Positions 17,314 through 26,678 are shown, counted from the first letter of the stretch. The stretch is 32,000 bases of DNA from Methylorubrum extorquens (GCA_900234795.1 LT962688.1:570001-602000); one strand, 5' to 3'. Notes: generated by a model not told the origin, from the sequence alone. A program made the numbers and translations.

Positions 17314-18486
17314 TCAGGCGATGGCGCGCCCGTCCCGCATCCGTGCGGCGAGCGCCGAGCGATAGACCGTCAGCAGCGTGGCGGTCGTCGCCGTCTCGGT
17401 CCAGTCGCGCAGGTAGGCGGCACGGGCGGCCGCGCCCATCCGCCGGGCTTCCTCCGGCCGGGCTCGCAACCGCTCGATGGCCTGGGCGAGGTCGGCCGGA
17501 TCGCCCGGCGTCACCAGCAGGCCCGTCACGCCGTCCTCGACGAGACCGGCGAGCGCACCGATCCGTGAGGCGATGACCGGGGTGCCCGCCGCATAGGCCT
17601 CGGCCACGACCATCGGCAACCCCTCGTACCAGAGCGAGGGCACGACGAGGGCTACCGCCCGGCCCATCCGCGCCCGCATCTCCGCGCGGGGCAGGGCGCC
17701 GAGCAGGTTGAGCCCGGGCGCCCCCTCCAGCATCTCCCGCAGCGGCCCTTCGCCCGCGACATCGACCGGTGCGGTAAGGAGCGCGCCGGCTCCCTTCAGG
17801 ATCTCGACGCCCTTCTCGGGGCTGAGGCGGCCGGCGAACAGGATGCCCTCGCGCAGGCCCTCACTCGGCGGCCCCGGATCGGGCAGGCCGTTGGGCTTCA
17901 CGAAGATGCGCTGCGCCGGCAATCCCGCCGCGATGAAGCGACCGCGGGCGAACTCGGTCAGCGCGACGAAGGCATCGACGTCCCGCGTCCACGTGCCGGT
18001 GCGGCGGTGCCGGTCGATCATCCGCGCCACGGCAAACGTGCCGAGCCGCGAGCCGCGGTAGCAACCGTGGCGCACCGCCGCGTAGGAGGAGCCGGTGAGG
18101 CAGGTCTCGCAGGGCGCGCCGTCGCGCATCAGCATGGCGCCTGCGCAGGCGAGGCGGAAATTGTGCAGCGTCTGCACGGTCACCGGGCCGAGCGCCCGCA
18201 CCACCCCATGCATGGCGGGCGAGACCAGCGGAAAGGTGTTGTGGGCGTGGACTACGTCCGGCCGGAAGCGCTCCACTGCCGCGACGACGCGGGCGATGCC
18301 GCGGGGCGCATGCGGCGCCTCGAACGCCGTGCGCAGGCGATCCAGCGGCGTGCGGATGTCGTCGTTGTGGAAGGCCAGGGTCTCGACCGTGCAGCCGGCC
18401 TCGGCCAGCGCCGCGGCCTCATGCTCCACCACCGCGTCCTCGCCGCCCCGGATCTGATAGTGGTTGTGGACGATGAGGACGCGCAA
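17314..18486 (-). CDS. Glycosyltransferase family 4 (GT-B, retaining, EX7E type)
   Basis: Trimmed to the TTG at 18486, which has a perfect AAGGAG Shine-Dalgarno (18494-18499) 7 nt upstream. N-terminus LRVLIVHNHYQIRGGED; C-terminal EGLPMVVAEAYAAGTPVIASRIGALAGLVEDGVTGLLV (EX7E). Confidence 0.85.
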   Translation of the reverse strand: MRVLIVHNHYQIRGGEDAVVEHEAAALAEAGCTVETLAFHNDDIRTPLDRLRTAFEAPHAPRGIARVVAAVERFRPDVVHAHNTFPLVSPAMHGVVRALGPVTVQTLHNFRLACAGAMLMRDGAPCETCLTGSSYAAVRHGCYRGSRLGTFAVARMIDRHRRTGTWTRDVDAFVALTEFARGRFIAAGLPAQRIFVKPNGLPDPGPPSEGLREGILFAGRLSPEKGVEILKGAGALLTAPVDVAGEGPLREMLEGAPGLNLLGALPRAEMRARMGRAVALVVPSLWYEGLPMVVAEAYAAGTPVIASRIGALAGLVEDGVTGLLVTPGDPADLAQAIERLRARPEEARRMGAAARAAYLRDWTETATTATLLTVYRSALAARMRDGRAIA

Positions 18487-18497
18487 CAGAGGGCTCC

Positions 18498-19373
18498 TTA
18501 CGACCGGCGCGGCTCGGGCTGGCGCGCGATCTTCCACAGGAAGACGGGCGCCATGACGAGATAGCGCCGCCACAGCCGCCGGGGCTCGCTCAGGAGCCGG
18601 TGCAGCCATTCGAGGGCGAGCACCTGCATGAGTTTCGGCGCACGCTTCACCGCCCCGGAATGGAAATCGAAGGCGGCGCCGACACCGATCAGCACCATGC
18701 CCGGCAAACGATCGAGGTGATCGTTCATCCAGATATCCTGCTTGGGCGTCGACATGCCGACCCAGACGATGTGCGGCTCGGCCGTCTTAATCGCATCGGT
18801 GAGCCGCGCGTCGAGATCGGGCGCGACGGTGCCGAAGGGCGGGCAAGCGAGGCCGCAGACCTCGGTACCGGGATATTTGCGGGCGAAATTCGACGCGACC
18901 TGCTCCGCCACGCCCTCCTTGCCGCCGTAGAGATAGTGGCGGATTCCGGTGTTCTGCGTGGCCGCGAACATCTCCTCCATCAGCGAGGGGCCCGGCACGC
19001 GGCCGGTGCCGTGCGCGCGGAAGAACCGGCTGATGATCGTGAGCGGCGCGCCGTCCGGTGTGATCATGCTGGCCCGCTCGTGCGCGGCCCTCAGATCGGG
19101 CTGGTCCTGGGCGCACATGATGCCGTGCACGTCGCGCACGCAGATCATGCTGGTGCGCCGCGCCCGCGCCCAGCCGATGACGGTGCGGACAGCGAACGGC
19201 ATGTCGATGACGCTCACCGGCACGCCGAGGATGCGGGTCGCCGGGAGACGATGCGCCGCCGGCCCGTCCGCCTGGACGAGGTAGGGATCGTTCCGGTTGA
19301 TCCGGAGCGCGTAGGGCCCGGAAGCCGGGATGGCCACGGCATCCATGGGCAGGCTTCCCTCGATCTCAGCCAT
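18498..19373 (-). CDS. WecG/TagA/CpsF-family glycosyltransferase (GT26)
   Basis: Motifs ITPDGAPL, GMSTPKQDIWM, GVGAAFDFHSGAVKRAPKLMQVLALEWLHRLLSEPRRLWRRYL. The ATG at 19373 has AGGAG 10 nt upstream and overlaps the fcl stop (ATGGCTGA). The stop TAA at 18498-18500 sits inside the Shine-Dalgarno of the next gene. Confidence 0.88.
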   Translation of the reverse strand: MAEIEGSLPMDAVAIPASGPYALRINRNDPYLVQADGPAAHRLPATRILGVPVSVIDMPFAVRTVIGWARARRTSMICVRDVHGIMCAQDQPDLRAAHERASMITPDGAPLTIISRFFRAHGTGRVPGPSLMEEMFAATQNTGIRHYLYGGKEGVAEQVASNFARKYPGTEVCGLACPPFGTVAPDLDARLTDAIKTAEPHIVWVGMSTPKQDIWMNDHLDRLPGMVLIGVGAAFDFHSGAVKRAPKLMQVLALEWLHRLLSEPRRLWRRYLVMAPVFLWKIARQPEPRRS

Positions 19374-20304
19374 GGGCGACATGCTCCTGGAACCACGCAT
19401 AGGTCGCGGCGATGCCGTCCCGCAGCGGCACCTTCGGCGCCCAGCCGAGGCCGCGCAGCTTGTCCGCCGACATCAGCTTGCGCGGGGTGCCGTCGGGCTT
19501 GCTCGGATCACGCACGATCTCGCCCTCGAACCCGACGACCTCGCAGACGAGGCGGGTCAGGTCGTAGATCGGGATGTCCTCGCCCGAGCCGACATTGACG
19601 TGCTCGGCCTCCGAATAGGTCTTCATCAGGTGCACGCAGGCGTCGGCGCAGTCATCGACGTGCAGGAACTCGCGGCGCGGCGATCCGGTGCCCCAGATCA
19701 CCATCTCCCGCGCGCCGGAGCGCTTGGCCTCGTGCGCCTTGCGGATCAGGGCCGGCAGGACGTGGCTGGAATTGAGGTCGAAATTATCGCCCGGCCCGTA
19801 GAGGTTGGTCGGCATGGCCGAGATGAAGTCGCGGCCGTGCTGCTGGCGATAGGCCTGGGCGAGCTTGATCCCGGCGATCTTGGCGACCGCGTACCACTCG
19901 TTGGTCGGCTCCAGCGAGCCGGTGAGCAGGCTCGCTTCGACGATCGGCTGTTCGGCGAATTTCGGGTAGATGCAGCTCGACCCGAGGAACAACAGCTTGC
20001 CGACATCCTCGCGGAACGCCGCCTCGATGACGTTGGCCTCGATCATCAGGTTCTCGTAGAGGAAGTCGGCCGGGTAGGTCGCGTTGGCCAGGATCCCGCC
20101 GACCTTGGCCGCGGCCAGGAACACCGCATCCGGCCGCCGGTCCCGCATCCAGGCGCGCACGGCGGCCTGATCGCACAGGTCGAGTTCCGCGCGGCTGGCG
20201 GTGAGGACCTCGCAATCCTCACCCTTCAAACGCCGTACCAGGGCGCTGCCGACGAGGCCGCGATGTCCGGCGACGAAGACGGTCTTGCCCGCCAAGCTGT
20301 GCAT
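19366..20304 (-). CDS. fcl: GDP-L-fucose synthase (GDP-4-keto-6-deoxy-D-mannose 3,5-epimerase/4-reductase)
   Basis: 312 aa from the ATG at 20304 (MHSLAGKTVFVAGHRGLVGSA). Motifs GSSCIYPK, EWYAVAKIAG, PTNLYGPGDNF, HVLPALIRK, DGTPRKL. A strong family match. Confidence 0.9.
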   Translation of the reverse strand: MHSLAGKTVFVAGHRGLVGSALVRRLKGEDCEVLTASRAELDLCDQAAVRAWMRDRRPDAVFLAAAKVGGILANATYPADFLYENLMIEANVIEAAFREDVGKLLFLGSSCIYPKFAEQPIVEASLLTGSLEPTNEWYAVAKIAGIKLAQAYRQQHGRDFISAMPTNLYGPGDNFDLNSSHVLPALIRKAHEAKRSGAREMVIWGTGSPRREFLHVDDCADACVHLMKTYSEAEHVNVGSGEDIPIYDLTRLVCEVVGFEGEIVRDPSKPDGTPRKLMSADKLRGLGWAPKVPLRDGIAATYAWFQEHVAHG

Positions 20305-20314
20305 CGGTCGGCCC

Positions 20315-21286
20315 CTACAGAAGCGGGTTGGAATCGGTCGGCGCCGGGTTCTCGCGGTACCACGCGACCGTGCGCTCGATGCCCTGGACCAGGGAAACGC
20401 TCGGCGCGTAGCCGATCGCCTGCATCTTGCCGATGTCGGGGCAGCGGCGCGGCGTCGCCCCGGCGGCGGCCGGTCCGGCAATCAGCTCGACGCGGGTGCC
20501 GAGCGCCTCCGCGGTGATCCGGGCGAGGTCGCGGATCGCGACCTCCTCCATCGAGCCGATGTGGTAGACGTTCATGCTCTCGCCATCGCGCCACATCCGG
20601 ACGATGCCGTCGACGACGTCGCTGACGTAGCAGAAGGCGCGGGTCTCGCTGCCGTCGCCCTGAAGCGTGATCGATCCGCCGTCACCGGCCGCGACGATCT
20701 TCTCGATGAGCTGCGGCACGACATGCTTCCAGCCCATATCCGGCCCGTAGATGTTGTGCGGGCGGAAGACCTGGACCTTGCGCAACTTGTCGCGGCAATA
20801 GTTGAAGGCGATCAGCTCCGAGATCAGCTTCGACCCGCCATAGGAATAGCGCGGGTTGAGCGAGTCGGGGATCACCATCTCGATGGTCTCGTCCGTCGGC
20901 ACCACGCGCGGGGTCTGGTAGACCTCCGCCGAGGAGGCGACGACGAGATCGGGCACACCGGCCTCGATGCAGGCTTCTGAGACGGCAAGCGCGCCGCGCA
21001 CGCCGACATCGAGCACGAGCTGCGGCTGCGTGTAGAAGTTCTCCGTACCGTTGACGGCGGCCAGATGAAACACGCACTCGACGCCCCGGAGCGCCTCGAC
21101 CAGCGCATCCTTGTCGCGCACGTCGAGCGTCACGCGCTCGATCGCACGCTGGGCATTGGCGAGCCGCGAGGCCTGTCCGCGGATGTAGTTGTCGATCGCG
21201 ACGACCTCGTGCCCCTCGGCCAGGAGCGCGCGGGTGAGGTGGGCGCCGATGAATCCGCCCGCCCCGGTGACAGCCAGTCTGCTCAT
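20315..21286 (-). CDS. NAD-dependent epimerase/dehydratase-family SDR (UDP-glucuronate decarboxylase/epimerase-like)
   Basis: 323 aa. VTGAGGFIGAHL (GxxGxxG), SSAEVY, YSYGGSK (YxxxK). The start ATG at 21286 overlaps the upstream stop (ATGA). Confidence 0.85.
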   Translation of the reverse strand: MSRLAVTGAGGFIGAHLTRALLAEGHEVVAIDNYIRGQASRLANAQRAIERVTLDVRDKDALVEALRGVECVFHLAAVNGTENFYTQPQLVLDVGVRGALAVSEACIEAGVPDLVVASSAEVYQTPRVVPTDETIEMVIPDSLNPRYSYGGSKLISELIAFNYCRDKLRKVQVFRPHNIYGPDMGWKHVVPQLIEKIVAAGDGGSITLQGDGSETRAFCYVSDVVDGIVRMWRDGESMNVYHIGSMEEVAIRDLARITAEALGTRVELIAGPAAAGATPRRCPDIGKMQAIGYAPSVSLVQGIERTVAWYRENPAPTDSNPLL

Positions 21287-22620
21287 TGAAACTTACCCAC
21301 GAGGTTGCCCACGGTGACGTAGCGATTTTCCAGAACCTCCGCCGGCATCTCGCTGAGGTTGTTCCAGTAATCGTAGACGAAGGCGTCGTCCGACATCGTA
21401 CCGATGATCGTTTCCAGATCGATCTTCGAATATTCCGGATGGTTGTTGGCGATCACGAGCACATCGGCACCCTCGCAGGCGGCCGCGAGGCTGTCGTAGG
21501 GCGTCAGCCCCGACGAGATGGCCCGGATGTGATCCATCGGCACCACGCCGTCATAGACGCGGATTTCCGAAAACTGCTCGGTCGCCATCATCTCGCGGAT
21601 GACGTGGAGCGACATCGACCCGCGCAGGTCGTCGGTCTCCGGGCGGCCCTTGAAGGCAAGGCCGGCGACCACCGCCTTGAACGGTCCGGCGCGGCGGGCC
21701 CGCAGCCGCTCGACGAGGCTGCCCACCGTTTCGGCCGGCTGGCGCTCGTTGACGAGGCGGGAGGCCGCGGTGATCTCGAGGTTCACGCCCTGGCCCGAGA
21801 CCGACGAGAGCAGGATGTGCGGATCCTTCTCCAGGCAGGGCCCGCCGACGAGGCCCGGCGCGGCGACATTGGTGCGGGTGTAGCCGAGTTTGCCGTAGCG
21901 GATGACGTCGTTGGCGTTGATGCCGAGCGCGTCGCAGGCCCGCGCCACCTCGTTGGCGAAGGCGAAGTGGACGTCGCGCGAGGTGTTGTCGACGAGCTTG
22001 ATCATCTCCGCCGTCTCCGGGCTCGCGACCCGGACGATGGTGTGGGTCAGGCGGCTGAACAGGGCGGCCGCCGCGTCGGACGCGTCCGGCGTCTCACCGC
22101 CAACGATCTGCGGCAGGTTGATGAGTTCGCGCATCGCGTCGCCTTCGAGCGTCCGCTCGGGGCACATCGCGAGGTGGTAGGGCGTGCCGGTGCGGTCGAG
22201 GATCGGCTTGACCACGCCCGTCGTCGTGCCGATCCGCACGGTCGAGCGCAGGATCACCGTGGCGCCCTCGGTGAAGTGCTCGGCCACCTCGCGGGTCGCC
22301 TCTTCAATCATGTCGAGACGCGGCTCGTGCGAGCCGGGATAGAGCGGGGTGCCGACCGTGATGATGTAGTACTCGGCCCGCGGCACATCGTGCGTCGTGG
22401 TGCTCGCGACGAAGCGGCCCTTCTTCACGACGTCGGCGAGGGCGGCCTGAAGCCCCACCTCGGCGAAATGCGGCATGCCGGCATTGGTCTTTTCGACAAC
22501 GTCGGCCCGCTTCTCGATGCCGTAGACCTGGACACCGCGGCGGGCCAGGGCGACGGACAGGGTCAGGCCGACATAACCGAGACCAATGATGACGACGTTG
22601 GGAGCTTTTCTGGCGTCCAT
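21283..22620 (-). CDS. Nucleotide-sugar dehydrogenase (UDP-glucose/GDP-mannose dehydrogenase family)
   Basis: Trimmed to the ATG at 22620 (MDARKAPNVVIIGLGYVGLTLS, GxGxxG). Catalytic Cys motif GGPCLEKDP. C-terminal UDP-binding-type region GLAFKGRPETDDLRGS. First gene of the five-gene minus-strand operon. Confidence 0.88.
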   Translation of the reverse strand: MDARKAPNVVIIGLGYVGLTLSVALARRGVQVYGIEKRADVVEKTNAGMPHFAEVGLQAALADVVKKGRFVASTTTHDVPRAEYYIITVGTPLYPGSHEPRLDMIEEATREVAEHFTEGATVILRSTVRIGTTTGVVKPILDRTGTPYHLAMCPERTLEGDAMRELINLPQIVGGETPDASDAAAALFSRLTHTIVRVASPETAEMIKLVDNTSRDVHFAFANEVARACDALGINANDVIRYGKLGYTRTNVAAPGLVGGPCLEKDPHILLSSVSGQGVNLEITAASRLVNERQPAETVGSLVERLRARRAGPFKAVVAGLAFKGRPETDDLRGSMSLHVIREMMATEQFSEIRVYDGVVPMDHIRAISSGLTPYDSLAAACEGADVLVIANNHPEYSKIDLETIIGTMSDDAFVYDYWNNLSEMPAEVLENRYVTVGNLVGKFQ

Positions 22621-22735
22621 AACTTGGTCCCGTCTGCGATCGATCGTCGGAATCTCTGACCCGATTGGGAAACCGGCACGGCGCAAGCGCTCGCCCGTCA
22701 CCGCTCCACCCCGGGACGGCCGAAACCGTCGGGAT

Positions 22736-22753
22736 TGAACTGTGACCAGTTCA
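22736..22753. promoter_or_regulatory. Inverted repeat TGAACTG-N4-CAGTTCA about 115 bp upstream of the glycan operon start (candidate operator)
   Basis: Perfect 7-bp arms read directly from the sequence. A second palindrome, TTGACGGTCAA, lies at 22847-22857. There is no functional evidence. Confidence 0.2.
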
Positions 22754-23081
22754 GCAAAGCCTGTGCCTAAGGAAATTCGTATCAAACCGGGACCAACGGC
22801 CCGTCAGCGGACACTCAGAGTTCGTCGCGCGAAGATTTCGGGACTTTTGACGGTCAACGGACGGAGTCCGGCGGGTGGAACAATTGATTCTTGTCGGGTC
22901 GGCCGGGGCGGGGGATCGCGATCCGTTCACCCGTCGAGCTGTTTCAATCCCGCGGCACCCGCGCGGCCCATAGCCTCAGCCCGCCCCGGTGCCGCCCAAG
23001 CAACGCTTCGCGCCGCGCTTCGTTCGTCCTGCCGGAGACGGTGGGGCGCAGCGGGCGCCGCCGGCTTGGAGGGAGACGCGG

Positions 23082-23303
23082 ATGCCGGTTCGGATGACCC
23101 AGGAAGTGCAGGACGTGATCGACGGCCGGCGGCAGGTGGTGGTGCGGGTTCTGTTCGGCCGGCCGGATGCGGGACGCGACATCGTCGAGGTCTCGGCGAC
23201 AGTCCGGGTGCCCGCCATCGAGTCCGAGACGCAGACGGAGGCCGCCGCGCGACAGATGGCACGGCGGGCACTCGAGCAGGCATTATCAGCCTTCCCGCTC
23301 TGA
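23082..23303 (+). CDS. Small hypothetical protein (73 aa)
   Basis: ATG at 23082, preceded by GGAGGGAG (23069-23076). Sequence MPVRMTQEVQDVIDGRRQVVVRVLFGRPDAGRDIVEVSATVRVPAIESETQTEAAARQMARRALEQALSAFPL is protein-like. The 31 codons before it in the track ORF are not. Confidence 0.4.
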   Translation: MPVRMTQEVQDVIDGRRQVVVRVLFGRPDAGRDIVEVSATVRVPAIESETQTEAAARQMARRALEQALSAFPL

Positions 23304-23738
23304 GGAGGGCTCAGCAAACGCCCGGCCGCCGGACGGCCTCGGGTCGGTCACAGCAGCGCATTTTGTGAGAGACCGTGAGGATGGCGCCGGGGTTGCCCGC
23401 CGGTGTCACCTCCGCATCAAGGTGCGTTCGGGGGCAAGGTGTGGATTCTCACGCCGCGCAACCATCGGGCCGATTTCGCCTTTTCCTCGCCATTCCCTTG
23501 CGGTCGAACCGCCGGACATGCCTTAAGTGCATCAGCGAGTGCCACGCCCACCAGGGCGAGTGGTCTCAACCCAAATTCCGACGATCCCATAGGGATAGCG
23601 GATTGGGGCTTCGCTCGAGCGCTGCGCAGGCTGGGCGATACGCTTCCCGCTTCGAATCGAGCGGAAACCGTATCACTCTCACGCGCGGTCCCCTTTCGTC
23701 CTTCAGGCCGCTCCCGAGCCTGCATCTCGCCAGGGTTG

Positions 23739-26678
23739 ATGTCGTCCAACGCCTTTCTCGCCGCCGCCGCGATCCTCCCCTTCGCGGGCTCCGTGCTCAC
23801 GGGCGCCCTGCCGAGCCATGCCCGCACCGCCGCGGCCGTGCTCGCCGGGTTCGTGACCCTGGCCAGCCTCGGCTGCATCCTCGCGCTCACGCCGCAACTG
23901 GCCGAGGGCGGCACCGTCGTCCACGCGGTCGAGTGGCTGCCGAGCCTCGGTGTCAACCTCGTCCTGCGGCTCGACGGGCTCGCGTGGCTGTTCGCGGTGC
24001 TGGTGCTCGCCATCGGCGCGCTGGTGGTGCTCTACGCGCGCTACTACATGGCCGCCGCCGACCCGGTGCCGCGGCTGTTCTCGTACTTCCTCGCCTTCGT
24101 CGGCGCGATGCTCGGCATCGTTCTCTCCGGCAACCTGATCCAGCTCGTCCTGTTCTGGGAATTGACGAGCATCGTCTCATTCCTGCTGATCGGATACTGG
24201 TACGACAACGCCGCGGCCCGTGACGGCGCGCGGATGTCGCTGACCATCACCGCGGCGGGCGGCCTGTGCCTGCTCGTCGGGACGGTGCTGATCGGACGCA
24301 TCGTCGGCAGCTACGATTTGGCCACCGTGCTGGCCTCGGGCGACACGATCCGCAACAGCCCGCTCTACCTGCCGGCCCTGGTGCTGGTCCTCATGGGCGC
24401 GCTCACCAAGTCGGCGCAGTTCCCGTTCCACATCTGGCTGCCGCGGGCGATGGCGGCGCCGACGCCGATCAGCGCCTACCTGCACTCGGCCACCATGGTG
24501 AAGGCCGGCATCTTCCTGATGATCCGCCTGTGGCCAGTGCTCGCGGGCACCGACGCGTGGTACTGGATCGTCGGCAGCGCCGGCATGGCGACCCTGCTGA
24601 TCGGCTCGTGGAGCGCGATCTTCCAGCACGACCTGAAGGGTCTGCTCGCCTACTCGACCATCAGCCATCTCGGGCTGATCACGCTGCTGCTCGGCCTGAA
24701 CTCGCCGCTCGCCGTGGTCGCCGCGATCTTCCACACGGTGAACCACGCCACCTTCAAGGCCTCGCTGTTCATGGCGGTCGGCATCATCGACCACGAGACC
24801 GGCACGCGCGACATGCGCCGCCTCTCCGGCCTGTGGCGGGCGATGCCCTATACCGGCACGCTCGCCATGGTCGCCGCCGCGGCGATGGCCGGCGTGCCGC
24901 TGCTCAACGGCTTCCTTTCGAAGGAGATGTTCCTCTCCGAGGCGGTCGACAACATGGGCGACCACCCGATCCATATCGCCCTGCCGGTGCTGGCGACGCT
25001 GGCCAGCGCCTTCACCATGCTCTACTCGCTGCGCTTCATCCGCCAGACCTTCTTCGGCCCGCCCCCGCACGACCTGCCGAAGACGCCGCACGAGCCGGTG
25101 CGGTGGATGCGCATCCCGATCGAGATGCTGGTGCTCGCCTGCATCGCCATCGGCCTCGTCCCGAACCTCACCATCGGCCCGGCCCTGGAGCGGGCGGTGA
25201 GCGCGGTGTTCGGCGCGGAGACTCCGACCTACAGCCTCGCGATCTGGCACGGCTTCAACGCACCGCTGGCGCTCAGCATGATCGCCCTCGTCGGCGGCGT
25301 GCTGCTCTACGTCCTGTTCGGAAAGCGCATCAACACCAATCCCCGCGGCGGCCCCTGGCTGATGGACCGCCTCGACGGTGGCTGGGTGTTCGAGCGCGTG
25401 ATGACCGGGCTGACGAAGGGTGCCCGCCTGCTGGAACGGGCCTTCGGCGCCGAGCGGCTCCAGCCGCAATTGCGCATCCTGTTCCTCGCCGCCCTGCTCG
25501 CCGCGCTGGCGACCGGCGTCGCCCGCGGGCTCGACCTCTTCGCGCTTGGCCGGCTCACGCCGTTCGATCCCGCCTTCGCGCTGATGTGGCTCGTCGGCGG
25601 CGCCTGCGCGATCGGCGCGGCGGAGCGGGCGAAGTATCACCGCCTCTCGGCCACGATCTTCGTCGGCGGGGCCGGCCTCGTCAGCAGCCTGACCTTCCTC
25701 TGGCTCTCGGCGCCGGATCTGGCGGTGACGCAGATCCTCGTCGAGATCGTCACCACCGTCATGCTGCTGCTGGGCCTGCGCTGGCTGCCCAAGCGCGACC
25801 GGGCGATTCCCGCGCCCGCCGCCGAGAAGGCGCGGGCCCGGCGCCGCCGCCTCGTCGATCTCTGCATCGCCAGCTTTGCCGGGCTGGGACTCGCCGGCCT
25901 CGCCTACGCCGTGATGACCCGCCCGGCCGGCGACGGCATCGCGCGCTGGTTCATCGAGGAGGCCTATCCGCAGGCGGGCGGGCGCAACGTCGTCAACGTG
26001 CTGCTGGTCGACTTCCGCGCCTTCGACACGCTGGGCGAGATCTCGGTGCTCGGCATCGTCGGCCTTACGGTGTTCGCGCTGCTGCGCCGCTTCCGCCCGG
26101 CCCCGGACAGCCTGGAGCGTCCCAAGCAGCAGCACCACCACGACGCCTACGACCGCGCCCGCGAGGGCCGCAAACCCGGCGACACCACCGCCGACGCCTT
26201 GATGGTGCCGCGGGTGGTGATGACGTGGCTGTTCCCGTTCATCGTGCTGCTGTCGCTGCACCTGTTCCTGCGCGGCCACGACCTGCCCGGCGGCGGCTTC
26301 GCCGCGGGCATCGCGCTCACCATCGCCTTCATCCTGCAATACATGGCCTGCGGCGCGCGGTGGGTGGAGGAGCGCCTACGCATCCAGCCGATCTCGTGGA
26401 TCGGTCTCGGCCTGCTCATCGCGGTGGGCGCCGGCGCGGCCTCGTGGGCGTTCGGGCGGCCCTTCCTCACCGCCTACTTCGCCTATTGGGAGCTGCCGCT
26501 GCTCGGCAAGGTCCCGGCGGCGAGCGCCCTGGTGTTCGATCTCGGGATCATGGTGCTGGTGGTGGGCGCGAGCGCCCTGATGCTGGTGGCGCTCGCCCAC
26601 CAATCCCTGCGCCGCACCCGCAGCGCGGAGGCGGAGGCCGAACTGGATGCCGAACAGGCCGGCGAGGAGACGGCGTAA
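23739..26678 (+). CDS. mrpA: Monovalent cation/H+ antiporter subunit A, fused MrpA-MrpB (group-2 Mrp/Pha type)
   Basis: About 979 aa from the ATG at 23739 (MSSNAFLAAAAILPFAGSVL). NuoL/ND5-like core: WELTSIVSFLLIGYW, SAQFPFHIWLPRAMAAPTPISAYLHSATMVKAG. The C-terminal MrpB-like part is VNVLLVDFRAFDTLGEI. Confidence 0.92.
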   Translation: MSSNAFLAAAAILPFAGSVLTGALPSHARTAAAVLAGFVTLASLGCILALTPQLAEGGTVVHAVEWLPSLGVNLVLRLDGLAWLFAVLVLAIGALVVLYARYYMAAADPVPRLFSYFLAFVGAMLGIVLSGNLIQLVLFWELTSIVSFLLIGYWYDNAAARDGARMSLTITAAGGLCLLVGTVLIGRIVGSYDLATVLASGDTIRNSPLYLPALVLVLMGALTKSAQFPFHIWLPRAMAAPTPISAYLHSATMVKAGIFLMIRLWPVLAGTDAWYWIVGSAGMATLLIGSWSAIFQHDLKGLLAYSTISHLGLITLLLGLNSPLAVVAAIFHTVNHATFKASLFMAVGIIDHETGTRDMRRLSGLWRAMPYTGTLAMVAAAAMAGVPLLNGFLSKEMFLSEAVDNMGDHPIHIALPVLATLASAFTMLYSLRFIRQTFFGPPPHDLPKTPHEPVRWMRIPIEMLVLACIAIGLVPNLTIGPALERAVSAVFGAETPTYSLAIWHGFNAPLALSMIALVGGVLLYVLFGKRINTNPRGGPWLMDRLDGGWVFERVMTGLTKGARLLERAFGAERLQPQLRILFLAALLAALATGVARGLDLFALGRLTPFDPAFALMWLVGGACAIGAAERAKYHRLSATIFVGGAGLVSSLTFLWLSAPDLAVTQILVEIVTTVMLLLGLRWLPKRDRAIPAPAAEKARARRRRLVDLCIASFAGLGLAGLAYAVMTRPAGDGIARWFIEEAYPQAGGRNVVNVLLVDFRAFDTLGEISVLGIVGLTVFALLRRFRPAPDSLERPKQQHHHDAYDRAREGRKPGDTTADALMVPRVVMTWLFPFIVLLSLHLFLRGHDLPGGGFAAGIALTIAFILQYMACGARWVEERLRIQPISWIGLGLLIAVGAGAASWAFGRPFLTAYFAYWELPLLGKVPAASALVFDLGIMVLVVGASALMLVALAHQSLRRTRSAEAEAELDAEQAGEETA

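Noticed and set aside
22621-23081. JUMPStart/ops (GGCGGTAG) antitermination element in the leader of the glycan operon.
   Set aside because: I did not find the 8-mer or its complement (ctaccgcc) in this leader by eye.
22742-23368. 208-aa plus-strand ORF, and the minus-strand ORFs 22927-23283 and 22976-23317, in the long intergenic region.
   Set aside because: The translations are Arg/Gly/Ala/Pro low-complexity with poor start contexts. Only the 73-aa sub-ORF from 23082 has a Shine-Dalgarno and protein-like composition.
23640-23672. tRNA-like TTCGAAT T-loop motif (cccgcttcgaatcgagcgg).
   Set aside because: The flanking bases do not form a 5-bp T stem around a 7-nt loop. No acceptor, D or anticodon arms can be drawn from the surrounding sequence.
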